A stretch of DNA of 64,000 nucleotides from Clostridia bacterium. GTDB lineage: Bacteria > Bacillota > Clostridia > RGIG6154. The number at the start of each line of letters is the position of its first letter. Within the stretch, counting starts at the first letter, position 1. The DNA lies in the NCBI GenBank assembly GCA_017409875.1, contig JAFQRW010000022.1, positions 8,673-72,672 on the forward strand. The letters run 5' to 3'. A model generated the notes under the pieces. That model was given only the letters and a program-made list of their open reading frames with translations. It searched no databases and was not told where the DNA came from. Positions 1 through 8,859 of this stretch are shown here, piece after piece. A program made the position numbers and the translations under genes.

Positions 1-79
1 CCTGCACTTTGGTCGCATTTCCCTTGCCAATCTTCGGCATCGCCTTCGTGCCGTTTAAATACTGGTCATACTCTTCCAT
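1..79 (-). CDS. Partial phage gene immediately downstream of the terminase large subunit (possibly portal; the N-terminal start is uncertain)
   Basis: Open minus-strand frame continuing past the window edge (MEEYDQYLNGTKAMPKIGKG...); position after terminase-L. Confidence 0.3.
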   Translation of the reverse strand, partial: MEEYDQYLNGTKAMPKIGKGNATKVQ

Positions 80-152
80 TTTTGAAAGCCTCACATCATA
101 CTTGCTCTTTGCTTCCGAAAACTTATCCTGCCAGTATTTTAAATTCTTTGTT

Positions 153-1520
153 TTATTCAAACGGGTTTCCCCTCCTTGCAATAAGTAATTTTTTGCCCTC
201 TTCATCTGCGTTTTCATAATCTTCCCAATAATCATCTGTCCACTTCACCGCCTTTTTCTTAACGGGACTTTCAGCAGGACTTATGTACTGTAAACAGAAA
301 TACCTTAGTGCATCAGGAAGATGCGTTATTTCATGCGGTTCCGTCATACAGTCCGTAGGTCTCTTTTCGTCCCTCTGAAGTGCAGGCAAACACTCTATAA
401 GCCCTGTGCAGTTTGAAAATATCTTCAGCCTGCTCTCGCCGTTTTTTACTGTTAAAAGTTCTTTAATTGCAACCCAGCCAGCTTCTCGGTTTCTGCTGCC
501 CTTTAATAAACCAAGACCGTTTTCCCTAAAAATGTCAGCCTTCGCCTTTGCAGTTTCTTGGCTTCTTGCCCACAAATCATCAGGAGCAACGGTATATATA
601 ACCTCTTCACCTTTTGGTGTAAGCTTTAATATATCTTCACTTCCAACGCTTATAACCTTGTCGCTTTCAGCATACTCTCTGTAAACGTAATAATCGCCAC
701 GCTCATCAATAGCAATCCAAAGGCACGCTAAGCAGTCGAGACCATAGTCAATCGTCCGATACTTCTTCCAATGTTTTGGAATTTCAAAAGGCTCTATAAC
801 GTGAATATTTCTGTCAAATTCAGAAAAATATTGCCCTGCCATCATATCCCAGTTGCCATCACGCCACGCCTGTCTTAGTCCTTCCGATAAGTTGTTAAGC
901 ATATTCACATATCCAGGGTCATTTTCAAGCAACGCCTTGTTATCAAACACAGTTGCCGGTATAAATTCATAATCATCCGGATTTTCCGAGCCTCTGTATT
1001 TACGGCTTATAAAAAGCCTTTTTACCCATTCATGTCCGACTCCGCCGGGATTGCAGGTCAAATACATTCTTTTAGGAAATTTGTTAGCACCACGAAGACA
1101 TGCAGTCAGAGTTTCAAACTGATATTCCGTAAACTGCGTAGCCTCATCCATAAAAATAACATCATATTCTTGTCCTTGATACTGAAGCACATCCGCTTCT
1201 GATGCACAATATCCAAGCTCTAAAATACTGCCATTAGGGAAAAGGAAAAGCTTTTCCTGTCTTCTGTAATTTGCTATCCCTTTAAGCAACGGCTCTAACA
1301 TTCTTACATGGTTACGTTCCAAATCTTTATAAGTTCTTCTCAAAAGCAATATTTTAATTCCCTGATAGAAAAGTGCCAACAAGGGAGCCTTTCTGTCAAT
1401 AGCCCAGCTCTTTCCGCCACCACGCGCTCCACCATAAGCAACAAACCTTTTCCTTGCTTTAAAAAATACCGCCTGTTTAGAGTTCATGGTGCTTATGTCA
1501 AGAACTGCCTCACCCTGCAT
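153..1520 (-). CDS. Phage terminase large subunit
   Basis: 455 aa; Walker A GGARGGGKSW; nuclease-domain acidic residues; typical terminase-L architecture. Confidence 0.85.
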   Translation of the reverse strand: MQGEAVLDISTMNSKQAVFFKARKRFVAYGGARGGGKSWAIDRKAPLLALFYQGIKILLLRRTYKDLERNHVRMLEPLLKGIANYRRQEKLFLFPNGSILELGYCASEADVLQYQGQEYDVIFMDEATQFTEYQFETLTACLRGANKFPKRMYLTCNPGGVGHEWVKRLFISRKYRGSENPDDYEFIPATVFDNKALLENDPGYVNMLNNLSEGLRQAWRDGNWDMMAGQYFSEFDRNIHVIEPFEIPKHWKKYRTIDYGLDCLACLWIAIDERGDYYVYREYAESDKVISVGSEDILKLTPKGEEVIYTVAPDDLWARSQETAKAKADIFRENGLGLLKGSRNREAGWVAIKELLTVKNGESRLKIFSNCTGLIECLPALQRDEKRPTDCMTEPHEITHLPDALRYFCLQYISPAESPVKKKAVKWTDDYWEDYENADEEGKKLLIARRGNPFE

Positions 1521-1905
1521 ATTCTTCTATACCTTCAGGAAGTTTTACATTAACCGTTACATTATTGGTTGACTTACCTTCTGCCAAAGCCTTTTTATCA
1601 TACATCGTTCCAATCATCATCACTAAATGATTAACCGCTATTTCCCTTTCACCGTCATCTAACATTTCAAAAAGTCTCTTAAACGCCTTATTTATTGCCT
1701 TTGAAGCATTTAAGCTGAAATCTTTTCTTTTTTCATCACAAAGTTTCACAAATTCCGGCTCGTCTCTATGCTCTTTTACAATTTTTTCAACAGTACTTTC
1801 AGCCACCCCTAAAACTCTTGCCGTTTCAGAATAATTATCCGTCTCCGCCCATGAGGTCATAACCTTGTAAATCACCTCAGGCGGTGTTTTTTTACCTCTT
1901 GGCAT
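1510..1905 (-). CDS. Phage terminase small subunit (HTH-containing)
   Basis: 131 aa; N-terminal HTH (ARVLGVAESTVEKIV); directly upstream of and overlapping terminase-L. Confidence 0.6.
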   Translation of the reverse strand: MPRGKKTPPEVIYKVMTSWAETDNYSETARVLGVAESTVEKIVKEHRDEPEFVKLCDEKRKDFSLNASKAINKAFKRLFEMLDDGEREIAVNHLVMMIGTMYDKKALAEGKSTNNVTVNVKLPEGIEEYAG

Positions 1906-2045
1906 AACCTCACCGCTTCCGTTTTTTTATATTTCTTCTTCATTCTGCGCCTACTCTATCACATTTACCCCCTCAGTTACCGGACAATTTTTAAATTTTA
2001 AAAAAATTTTCGACATAAAAAAACAGAGGCTTAACCCCTCTGCTT

Positions 2046-2321
2046 TTAAACCACATTGTCCCATGTTTCATAAAACTTTTTTTGCATTACCCAAAGCCTT
2101 TTTTCACTAAGATTATATTCAAGTGATACACTAAGCATTGTTTTATGAGGTTTCGTTATCAACTCAAATAAAGCTTTGTAATCTTCTTTCCCCACTTCTG
2201 TACAAAGATTTAATATTTTTTTCTGTACATCTTCTGGTGCATCTTTAAAATTCATGCAGGTGAAATAAATAAGCCCCTGCTTATTGTACGGAAGCTTTAT
2301 CCCCCGCTTCTTTTTAAACAA
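2046..2321 (-). CDS. Hypothetical phage protein
   Basis: 91-aa ORF in a co-oriented phage gene string. Confidence 0.45.
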   Translation of the reverse strand: MFKKKRGIKLPYNKQGLIYFTCMNFKDAPEDVQKKILNLCTEVGKEDYKALFELITKPHKTMLSVSLEYNLSEKRLWVMQKKFYETWDNVV

Positions 2322-2323
2322 TC

Positions 2324-2815
2324 CTACCCCTCCTCAAACAGCGGACAGTCTTTAACTATGTAACTGTCGGTATATTGTTCTCCTTGTTGCTTCAAGTATG
2401 TCTTTTTAGCCTCCCAACCTTCAACAGGAACTAAATGGCTCGCCCAAGGGCAGTGCCCGTCTTTACCGCAAGCCCACTTACAATGCCAGCAAAGTGTACC
2501 GTTTGCACTAAGGCTTGGCTTACTCTTCCTTTGGCTCTGTTCCTGCTTTGCTGTCCAGGAACATTTACTTGAGCAGCACTTTTTGTTTCTGCTTTTCTTA
2601 AACTTTTTACCGCACATAGCACACGCCGTAACTTCTGCTGTTTCCAAGCTCTCTTTTATCTCGCCATATACTTTTTTCATGTATAGTTTATGAGAAGCTT
2701 CAGACCTTCCAACCGCCCTGCACAATTCCGAGCAATATGCAGCCCTGTGATTGGTCGCAATAAACTCTTTACCGCAAACCTTGCAGACCTTGTTGTATTC
2801 AGCCAACTTTTTCAC
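2324..2815 (-). CDS. Cys-rich zinc-finger phage protein
   Basis: 163 aa with multiple CxxC pairs (CKVCGKEF, CSELC, CAMCGKKF, CWHCKWACGKDGHC). Confidence 0.5.
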   Translation of the reverse strand: MKKLAEYNKVCKVCGKEFIATNHRAAYCSELCRAVGRSEASHKLYMKKVYGEIKESLETAEVTACAMCGKKFKKSRNKKCCSSKCSWTAKQEQSQRKSKPSLSANGTLCWHCKWACGKDGHCPWASHLVPVEGWEAKKTYLKQQGEQYTDSYIVKDCPLFEEG

Positions 2816-3146
2816 CTCTTAATGCCGCTTCCGTGGTTTTGTTTTCTATAACCGCCGCCCAGAGCAAAAGCAAATAATTAATGTGGTCCCCGATTTTCTC
2901 ATCCCAAAGCTCAATCGAAACATCCTCGCCCCTGTTTTCCGCTTTGATTAAATCATAAACTGATACAGTGTGCTTTGCCATCATACCGCCAAGTGCCTTA
3001 ATAGGACTTTCCTGTTGCAAAACCGCAGCAACCTTAAAATTATGTAATCGGTCAGATGTTGCATACTCTGATGCCTTAACCCCCAAAACCTCTTTGCACT
3101 TTCCAATTCTTTGTTCAAGTGCCGCTTCAAATTCTTTACTGTTCAT
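2799..3146 (-). CDS. Hypothetical phage protein
   Basis: 115-aa ORF; overlaps its neighbours by a few codons, as is typical of phage operons. Confidence 0.45.
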   Translation of the reverse strand: MNSKEFEAALEQRIGKCKEVLGVKASEYATSDRLHNFKVAAVLQQESPIKALGGMMAKHTVSVYDLIKAENRGEDVSIELWDEKIGDHINYLLLLWAAVIENKTTEAALRGEKVG

Positions 3147-3432
3147 TGTCTTTTACCTCGCTTTCAAGCCATTGTTTTATGCAATTAATGCACTTGTTGT
3201 TTTCTAAATCGCAATTATGCTCGGGGTTTGTAGCCGTACAGATTTTATCTAAAACACCACCCGAGCAGTCAAACTTGTCCATCATCTCTGCCATTTCATC
3301 AATGCTCATATTCCTTATTCGTTCATAGTTTGTAAGTGGAGCATCTGTTTGCTCAGGACATTTAACAGTGCTTACACAAATACCATTTTCATAAAATCCA
3401 CACTCAACTTTTGCTTTGCTCTTACATTTCAT
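3136..3432 (-). CDS. Cys-rich hypothetical phage protein
   Basis: 98 aa, 10 Cys. Confidence 0.4.
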   Translation of the reverse strand: MKCKSKAKVECGFYENGICVSTVKCPEQTDAPLTNYERIRNMSIDEMAEMMDKFDCSGGVLDKICTATNPEHNCDLENNKCINCIKQWLESEVKDNEQ

Positions 3433-3724
3433 CCTCGCTTACCTCTCTTTCTTTTGGTGTGCGGGTGTTCCATTTATCAATCATTTCTTGAAGTATAGAT
3501 TGCATTTCACCAAAGCCAATAATATTCCCACAACCAAGTTGTGCATCTACAAAATACAAAATCATTTCGGCAGGACACTCATCACAATAAATTCTAAAAT
3601 TTTTTTCTTCATACGATATTTCTGCACCTATACTTTTACTTCCACAAAACGGACATTCACGAAATTCAGCCATTATGTATCTCTCCTTGTTCCACTTCCT
3701 CAAAGGTAGCTTTTTGAATACCAA
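3422..3724 (-). CDS. Lar-family restriction-alleviation-like protein
   Basis: 100 aa; CPFCGSKS...YCDECPAEM zinc-ribbon, characteristic of Lar-type proteins. Confidence 0.45.
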   Translation of the reverse strand: MVFKKLPLRKWNKERYIMAEFRECPFCGSKSIGAEISYEEKNFRIYCDECPAEMILYFVDAQLGCGNIIGFGEMQSILQEMIDKWNTRTPKEREVSEDEM

Positions 3725-3896
3725 GATAATTGTTGTCCACCAATTTTAGTTTAGAAATTGCTTCACTTCTGTTCTTTGCATATACAACACCAGTTCTTGT
3801 TTTGTTTGGATTTAAAACGCCTGTATGGTATCGTTCATAATAATATTCAATAGTGAATTTATACATTATGTATCTCTCCTTTCTCCGTAACTGCAA
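3666..3896 (-). CDS. Hypothetical phage protein
   Basis: 76-aa ORF. Confidence 0.35.
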   Translation of the reverse strand: MQLRRKERYIMYKFTIEYYYERYHTGVLNPNKTRTGVVYAKNRSEAISKLKLVDNNYLGIQKATFEEVEQGEIHNG

Positions 3897-4123
3897 AATT
3901 GTGTAGTCATAAGTCTGTCAGAAAAAAGTACAAATGGATGACCACATTGCATACGACCTCCTATATACCACTTGCATTTTTCACATCTAACCACTTCCAC
4001 AAAGTCAGCTTTGTTTTTGAAATACCCACAAGGTGAGTTTTCCAAAACTCTATCATCACCATTGTTGCGAACGATTCTACACACTTCATAACTAACACAA
4101 TCCTTACAAGTCATTTTTATCAC
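3866..4123 (-). CDS. Cys-rich hypothetical phage protein
   Basis: 85 aa with CxxC...CxxC. Confidence 0.4.
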   Translation of the reverse strand: MIKMTCKDCVSYEVCRIVRNNGDDRVLENSPCGYFKNKADFVEVVRCEKCKWYIGGRMQCGHPFVLFSDRLMTTQFCSYGERRDT

Positions 4124-4377
4124 CTCAATTCGAAATCAATTTCATATTGTAACCGCCTAATTTTTTCTTCGTGCTTCTTTATTTGTTGTTCAAGTTTGGC
4201 TTTGCGGTTTTCTTTTTCCCATTGTCTGTCAAATTCAATCTTATATGTGGTGTGCTTTCTTTTGATATATGTGCCTGTGCATCCATCACTCTTAACAAGG
4301 TCATTTCCTCTATTGCAAATCCACCAACCCAAACGAATCAAAGTAAAACCAAGCCAGCAAGCTACACGCTTAATCAT
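4120..4377 (-). CDS. Hypothetical phage protein
   Basis: 85 aa; N-terminal TM-like segment followed by a basic coiled region. Confidence 0.4.
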   Translation of the reverse strand: MIKRVACWLGFTLIRLGWWICNRGNDLVKSDGCTGTYIKRKHTTYKIEFDRQWEKENRKAKLEQQIKKHEEKIRRLQYEIDFELR

Positions 4378-4652
4378 TCCTTATCACCTCGCATCTTAGC
4401 ACCGCAATGAGGGCAATATGTGTACCTCGATGGTGCAACAGCATTGCACAAACTACAATGTGGCGCACCTGTACTCATAACAGATGATTTCCACTCTCCG
4501 TGCTTCACTTTCTCAACATCTGCGGTGGGTTGTTTGTTTATAATTATTGTGGCTTCGGTTAAATCTCTTTCTTTTGTCCACATTCCTTTTTGTTTCAAAT
4601 CGGCATACAATTTATCCGCATCAATATACCTTGCCATTATCCCACTCCTCAT
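4374..4652 (-). CDS. Zinc-ribbon phage protein
   Basis: 92 aa; CSLCN...CPHCG. Confidence 0.4.
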   Translation of the reverse strand: MRSGIMARYIDADKLYADLKQKGMWTKERDLTEATIIINKQPTADVEKVKHGEWKSSVMSTGAPHCSLCNAVAPSRYTYCPHCGAKMRGDKE

Positions 4653-4872
4653 TTTTTAATCTTGTTCCTAAATAAAAATCCCAATACTTTCTCCCACAAT
4701 GAGGGCATAGGTCATCATATCTTTCGTGTCCGTTAGCGTGCGTAACGCAAATTATACAACTATCCTCTGCTTTATCTTGATAAATCGCACCACATCTGTC
4801 ACACTTCTTTACATCAGCCATCACTCCGCACCGCCCTTCTCGGTTGGGTGGGTGAATACTGTCTTTGCACAA
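4621..4872 (-). CDS. Zinc-ribbon phage protein
   Basis: 83 aa; CDRCG...CPHCG. Confidence 0.4.
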   Translation of the reverse strand: MCKDSIHPPNREGRCGVMADVKKCDRCGAIYQDKAEDSCIICVTHANGHERYDDLCPHCGRKYWDFYLGTRLKNEEWDNGKVY

Positions 4873-5087
4873 TCAACCCATACAGGTGGTTGTGTTTGTC
4901 CGCTTAATACCGATAACCATACTTTGCCGTATATCAATGCCAAAATTCTTTGTTTAAATGACATCTTCCAACAAGATATACATTGTTCCCCATCTGAATA
5001 TACCCAAAGGCTCGAACATTCTTCGTCTGTCATATTCTTCGGTTTTAATAAATTCTTGTTGGCTTCATCAAACTTTATAGGTTTCAT
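4821..5087 (-). CDS. Hypothetical phage protein
   Basis: 88-aa ORF in the same gene string. Confidence 0.3.
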   Translation of the reverse strand: MKPIKFDEANKNLLKPKNMTDEECSSLWVYSDGEQCISCWKMSFKQRILALIYGKVWLSVLSGQTQPPVWVDCAKTVFTHPTEKGGAE

Positions 5088-5152
5088 TCCCTCATTCCTT
5101 CCCTTAATTGTCTTAAATTCAAAATTAGTTGTTATAAATATTTTTAAGCCAA

Positions 5153-5557
5153 CTAACTATTACCTTGCAGAGCCTTACGAGCTTCCGCTTCAGTTAAAAA
5201 TACTGTTTTGCCAAAATCATCAGCGGTGCAGCATCCGTTAAATCCATTTTTATACAGGTGAATCTGCAGCAGATTATTAAACTCCGGCCGTATCATATAC
5301 GAAGTAACTTCCAGAGGATGTACTTTGCCCTTGTAAATCATATAAACCGTCTGCCGATACTTAAAGTCCGGCAGAGCAATTACATTCTCCGCAGGAACAT
5401 TAAAGAATTTGCACTCTTTCCCGCAGCACTGCCCAAAGGTCAGCATATTTGTTACCTTGCAATTTGCATATCCGTCAGGCAAGCTGTTCTCTTTATCAAA
5501 ATTATAGCAGTTCTCACACCAATGCTTTTCAATTTCTAACATTTCCGCTTCTGTCAT
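5153..5557 (-). CDS. Hypothetical Cys-rich phage protein
   Basis: 134-aa ORF. Confidence 0.45.
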   Translation of the reverse strand: MTEAEMLEIEKHWCENCYNFDKENSLPDGYANCKVTNMLTFGQCCGKECKFFNVPAENVIALPDFKYRQTVYMIYKGKVHPLEVTSYMIRPEFNNLLQIHLYKNGFNGCCTADDFGKTVFLTEAEARKALQGNS

Positions 5558-5564
5558 AAATCAA

Positions 5565-5873
5565 TCACTCCTTTGCTACTTCCTCAAACCTCTTTAAAAA
5601 TCTCAGTATAGTTCTTGGACTGTAGTGCAATACATCTGCTATCTCTTTAACAGTCCGCCCATTGTTATACCTCAGCCTTGCCGCTTCCTTGATTTTTTCA
5701 TCAAGAGTAACAGGTGGTAAAATAACGCCGTTTGCAAGAAGATGGTCGGCAACCTTTTGTATTGTGCCTATAGAATATCTGTCTCCAAATGTAAACAGTT
5801 CCAAAGGCGCATTGCTTAATATATTAACTAATCTTTCCTGTGCCTTCATTGTACTTATACTTCCTTTATCCAC
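5565..5873 (-). CDS. HTH-domain phage protein (possible transcriptional regulator)
   Basis: 102 aa; C-terminal HTH (TVKEIADVLHYSPRTILRFLKRF). Confidence 0.45.
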   Translation of the reverse strand: MDKGSISTMKAQERLVNILSNAPLELFTFGDRYSIGTIQKVADHLLANGVILPPVTLDEKIKEAARLRYNNGRTVKEIADVLHYSPRTILRFLKRFEEVAKE

Positions 5874-6649
5874 AATATTTCCTCTCTTTTTAACCCTTTT
5901 TCAGCAGTATTAGATATGCTAATTTTTCGCCAATCACTTAAATGCTTTTCATAAATCTCATTCTGGTACCCACTCAAAATCACAGGTCCTTGATGTTGTA
6001 AAAGAGCTTCTATAAGCTCTATGTGTTGTTCATCTGTCATTTCAAAATTATAGCTTTTACCTCCGCTTCGTGTTGACAACACATAAGGCGGGTCAGCATA
6101 TATTAAAACATTAGGATAATTAAACCGTTTAATAAGCTGAAGTGCGTCACAATGCTCAATTTGAACTTCTTTTAGTCTGTCCACGGCCAGCTCTATCCAT
6201 TGCGGAAGTCTATACCAATTCCTAAGAGCATATGCAGCCTCTCGCCCTTGCACATCATTCTTCCATCCTGAACGATGGCCTTTAATATTTCTAAATCCAT
6301 GACCTTGCCAACATTTGATTAAAAAAGCTCTTGCCTTTTCTATATCATCTGCAGGTACACTGTTATATGCGTTTTCGTACTCTTGTCTGGAATATGGCGT
6401 ATATGTAAGTGAACGTATTAGCGGTTCTGCATCATTCCTTACAACTCTAAACAAATTTACAACATCTTCGTCCAAGTCATTTATAGTTTCTATTGCAGAA
6501 GGTTTTTTTTTAAATAACACTGCTCCACTTCCAAAAAAGGGTTCAACATAACTGTGATGCTTTGGCATATTTGAAATAATCCAATCAGCAATTCGCCATT
6601 TGGCTCCTGGATATTTTAATATCGCTTTCACACTCTTCCACCCTTTCAA
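5855..6649 (-). CDS. dam: N6-adenine DNA methyltransferase, Dam family (phage orphan MTase)
   Basis: 264 aa; motif I FFGSGAV; motif IV DPPY (IYADPPYVLS); Dam-type order. Confidence 0.85.
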   Translation of the reverse strand: MKGWKSVKAILKYPGAKWRIADWIISNMPKHHSYVEPFFGSGAVLFKKKPSAIETINDLDEDVVNLFRVVRNDAEPLIRSLTYTPYSRQEYENAYNSVPADDIEKARAFLIKCWQGHGFRNIKGHRSGWKNDVQGREAAYALRNWYRLPQWIELAVDRLKEVQIEHCDALQLIKRFNYPNVLIYADPPYVLSTRSGGKSYNFEMTDEQHIELIEALLQHQGPVILSGYQNEIYEKHLSDWRKISISNTAEKGLKREEILWIKEV

Positions 6650-6818
6650 GTTTTACTGTCAGCAAAGTATTGGTTTTATCGTCCTTAAGCTCAACACTAT
6701 GTATGCAGTTTTCATATTTGTCATATCTGAGATTATACCCTGTCGCCACATACTCGTGCCCCTCAAACTTTACCTTGCCTCCAACTTTACATATACTTAA
6801 AAATTTTTTACGGTCCAT
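6585..6818 (-). CDS. Hypothetical phage protein
   Basis: 77-aa ORF. Confidence 0.35.
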   Translation of the reverse strand: MDRKKFLSICKVGGKVKFEGHEYVATGYNLRYDKYENCIHSVELKDDKTNTLLTVKLERVEECESDIKISRSQMANC

Positions 6819-7707
6819 TTATTTCTCCCTTTTGCCTGCTCATTAATTTCTGCAGGCTCTTTTGCTCAATATCACTATACTCGGTTTTGCCCTCTTCAAA
6901 ATTTGAAAACGAAGTCTTTTTTAGAGTTGGTTTCTGTTGCTCACTGCCGTTTTTTAAAGGATAAACCGACTGCCAACAGTTCAACACACTCTTATTAAGA
7001 ATAGCCGTTTGAATACGCCTGTCCTTTGTAATTTTATTAAGCTCTTTAATGAGCATCTGCTTTGCCCTATCCGTCATAGGCTTTTTTATTTTATTGCGCA
7101 TATCCTCAAAAGCAATAAACGCAGCAAGCAGTTCCTTATCTTCTGAACAATAAATGCCAAATATATCTTCTTTACTTTCCTTTACTCTACTTTTCTTTAC
7201 TTTACTTTTCTTTGTGTCATTTTCTCCACGAAAACCCTCGTTTTCGGGGAATTTACTACCGTTTTCTCCGCAAAAACTCTCATTTTGTGTGCACTTAATA
7301 AAACCCTTGGTCTCATCTGCATCCAAAAGCCAGTATTTGCTTTCAATTTCAATAACGGTTCTTTTTGCAACCGCTTCTTGAAATCTTCGCTGTATTCCCC
7401 GGGAAGTTAGAACCTTGTCCGACTTGAAAAGTGTATTATCAAACAGTGACCGTTCAAGCAAGAAGTTCATTATCTGCCCTATTTTATCGGGACTCATATT
7501 AAGTTCTTCTGATATAACATAGTTAAAGTCATCATCAACCTTTAAATAATAGCCCTCGTCTTTGTATATTTCAGCAAGAAGATAGATATAAACCACAATA
7601 CCATCTGAACCATATCGTGCCCTTAATATTTTTATCTTCTTGTCAAAAGTGAAGAAATTAACATCAAAAGGAAAGTAGTCAATGCCTTTTTTCTGTGGCC
7701 TTGCCAT
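6808..7707 (-). CDS. Phage replisome organiser / DnaD-domain replication initiation protein
   Basis: 299 aa; N-terminal GIDYFPFDVNFF motif of Lin1244/Lin1753-type replisome organisers; internal direct DNA repeats. Confidence 0.7.
   Translation of the reverse strand: MARPQKKGIDYFPFDVNFFTFDKKIKILRARYGSDGIVVYIYLLAEIYKDEGYYLKVDDDFNYVISEELNMSPDKIGQIMNFLLERSLFDNTLFKSDKVLTSRGIQRRFQEAVAKRTVIEIESKYWLLDADETKGFIKCTQNESFCGENGSKFPENEGFRGENDTKKSKVKKSRVKESKEDIFGIYCSEDKELLAAFIAFEDMRNKIKKPMTDRAKQMLIKELNKITKDRRIQTAILNKSVLNCWQSVYPLKNGSEQQKPTLKKTSFSNFEEGKTEYSDIEQKSLQKLMSRQKGEINGP
7180..7300. repeat. Iteron-like direct repeats inside the replisome-organiser gene (candidate phage ori)
   Basis: CTTTACT(T) repeated about five times, then two copies of TTTTCTCCrCrAAAACyCTCrTTTT about 45 bp apart. 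Confidence 0.45.
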
Positions 7708-7722
7708 AACTTTCTCCTCTCG

Positions 7723-8364
7723 TTAATGTTTTACTCTCCATATCCTGCACAAATCATCATCAAGCTTAATGCCGAACACGTGATATTTTTCTGCAAAGCT
7801 TTTTTGACCTATATCGTGTGATTCTCTATGAAGAGTCCAGTAAAGAGGTAATACCCTCATACCTTTGTGAATAATATCTTTTCTGTTTCTGCCCATACCC
7901 ACCGCATCAACATGATGCAGCTCTGCTTTCTTTCCCGTAATGCAGCACTTTTTGTGCTTTAAACACATATATATGTATCTTGCAATATCAGGACTTCTTT
8001 CCAAGAGCTTATCAGATGTGGGAATATCATGTTCAAGACAGAAATCAATTAAAAACTCTAAAAACTCTCTTGCAGTAGTCATATCTACATCAGATAGCGA
8101 AAAATACTCTGTCCCTGTTCTTGCTATAAACTCATATTTCATAATAGCTTTAATCTCATCGGGAACATGACCTGTCCAAAGCGATATATCTTTAAATGTT
8201 GCATATATCTTTTTCCTTTGGTCAGCCGATATGCCTCGGCCGTCATTAAGTCTTATTTCGCAGTCTGTAATGCCTTGCTTCTGCAAAAGATATGAATTTG
8301 TAAATGGTGCAACAATGGTAAGTGTTTCACCATCATATTTTTGTAAATACCCCTCAATCGTCAT
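7723..8364 (-). CDS. Phage protein with C-terminal HNH-like motif (CC...HH...N)
   Basis: 213 aa; KKCCITGKKAELHHVDAVGMGRNRKD; sits between the replisome organiser and SSB. Confidence 0.45.
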   Translation of the reverse strand: MTIEGYLQKYDGETLTIVAPFTNSYLLQKQGITDCEIRLNDGRGISADQRKKIYATFKDISLWTGHVPDEIKAIMKYEFIARTGTEYFSLSDVDMTTAREFLEFLIDFCLEHDIPTSDKLLERSPDIARYIYMCLKHKKCCITGKKAELHHVDAVGMGRNRKDIIHKGMRVLPLYWTLHRESHDIGQKSFAEKYHVFGIKLDDDLCRIWRVKH

Positions 8365-8376
8365 TTACATTCACCT

Positions 8377-8859
8377 TTAAAACGGCAAGTCATCATCGTC
8401 ATTGGTCTCTTTAAAATCAGGCGCATTTTTATTATCGTCACCTACATCAGGCTTGGGACCAAAGCCGCGCTTTGCAAAATACTCAAGCGAAATAGGCTCC
8501 GATTGCCCTGCATTCTCTGCCGCTTCAGATGAATTATTTATCTTACTACCGGCAAAATAAACTTCATCAGCGACAACTTCAGTTGCATAGTGCCGCTTCC
8601 CTTCGTTATCATCCCAGGACCTTGTTTGTATACTGCCGACAAGTGCCATAAGCTGACCTTTATCAAAATACTTACATATAAACTCTGCAGTTCCTCTCCA
8701 TGCAACGCAGGAAATAAAGTCAGCATATCTCTCCTCTCCCTGCTTTACATAGTTTCGGTCTACCGCCAAAGTAAACTTTGTAACAGATACCCCCGAAGGC
8801 GTTGCTTCAATCAAAGGCTTTTTTGTTAGCCTGCCCATAAGAATTACCTTGTTAAGCAT
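8377..8859 (-). CDS. ssb: Single-stranded DNA-binding protein
   Basis: 160 aa; OB-fold N-terminus; acidic tail DDDDLPF. Confidence 0.9.
   Translation of the reverse strand: MLNKVILMGRLTKKPLIEATPSGVSVTKFTLAVDRNYVKQGEERYADFISCVAWRGTAEFICKYFDKGQLMALVGSIQTRSWDDNEGKRHYATEVVADEVYFAGSKINNSSEAAENAGQSEPISLEYFAKRGFGPKPDVGDDNKNAPDFKETNDDDDLPF

Noticed and set aside
406-1553. Plus-strand ORFs (406..684, 1308..1553) overlapping the terminase gene
   Set aside because: They are antisense to a well-supported 455-aa terminase, are low-complexity, and have no RBS.
4726-5241. 171-aa plus-strand ORF in the phage small-gene region
   Set aside because: It runs antisense across three minus-strand ORFs. It is rich in Ser, Leu and Ile, which is typical of an antisense frame.
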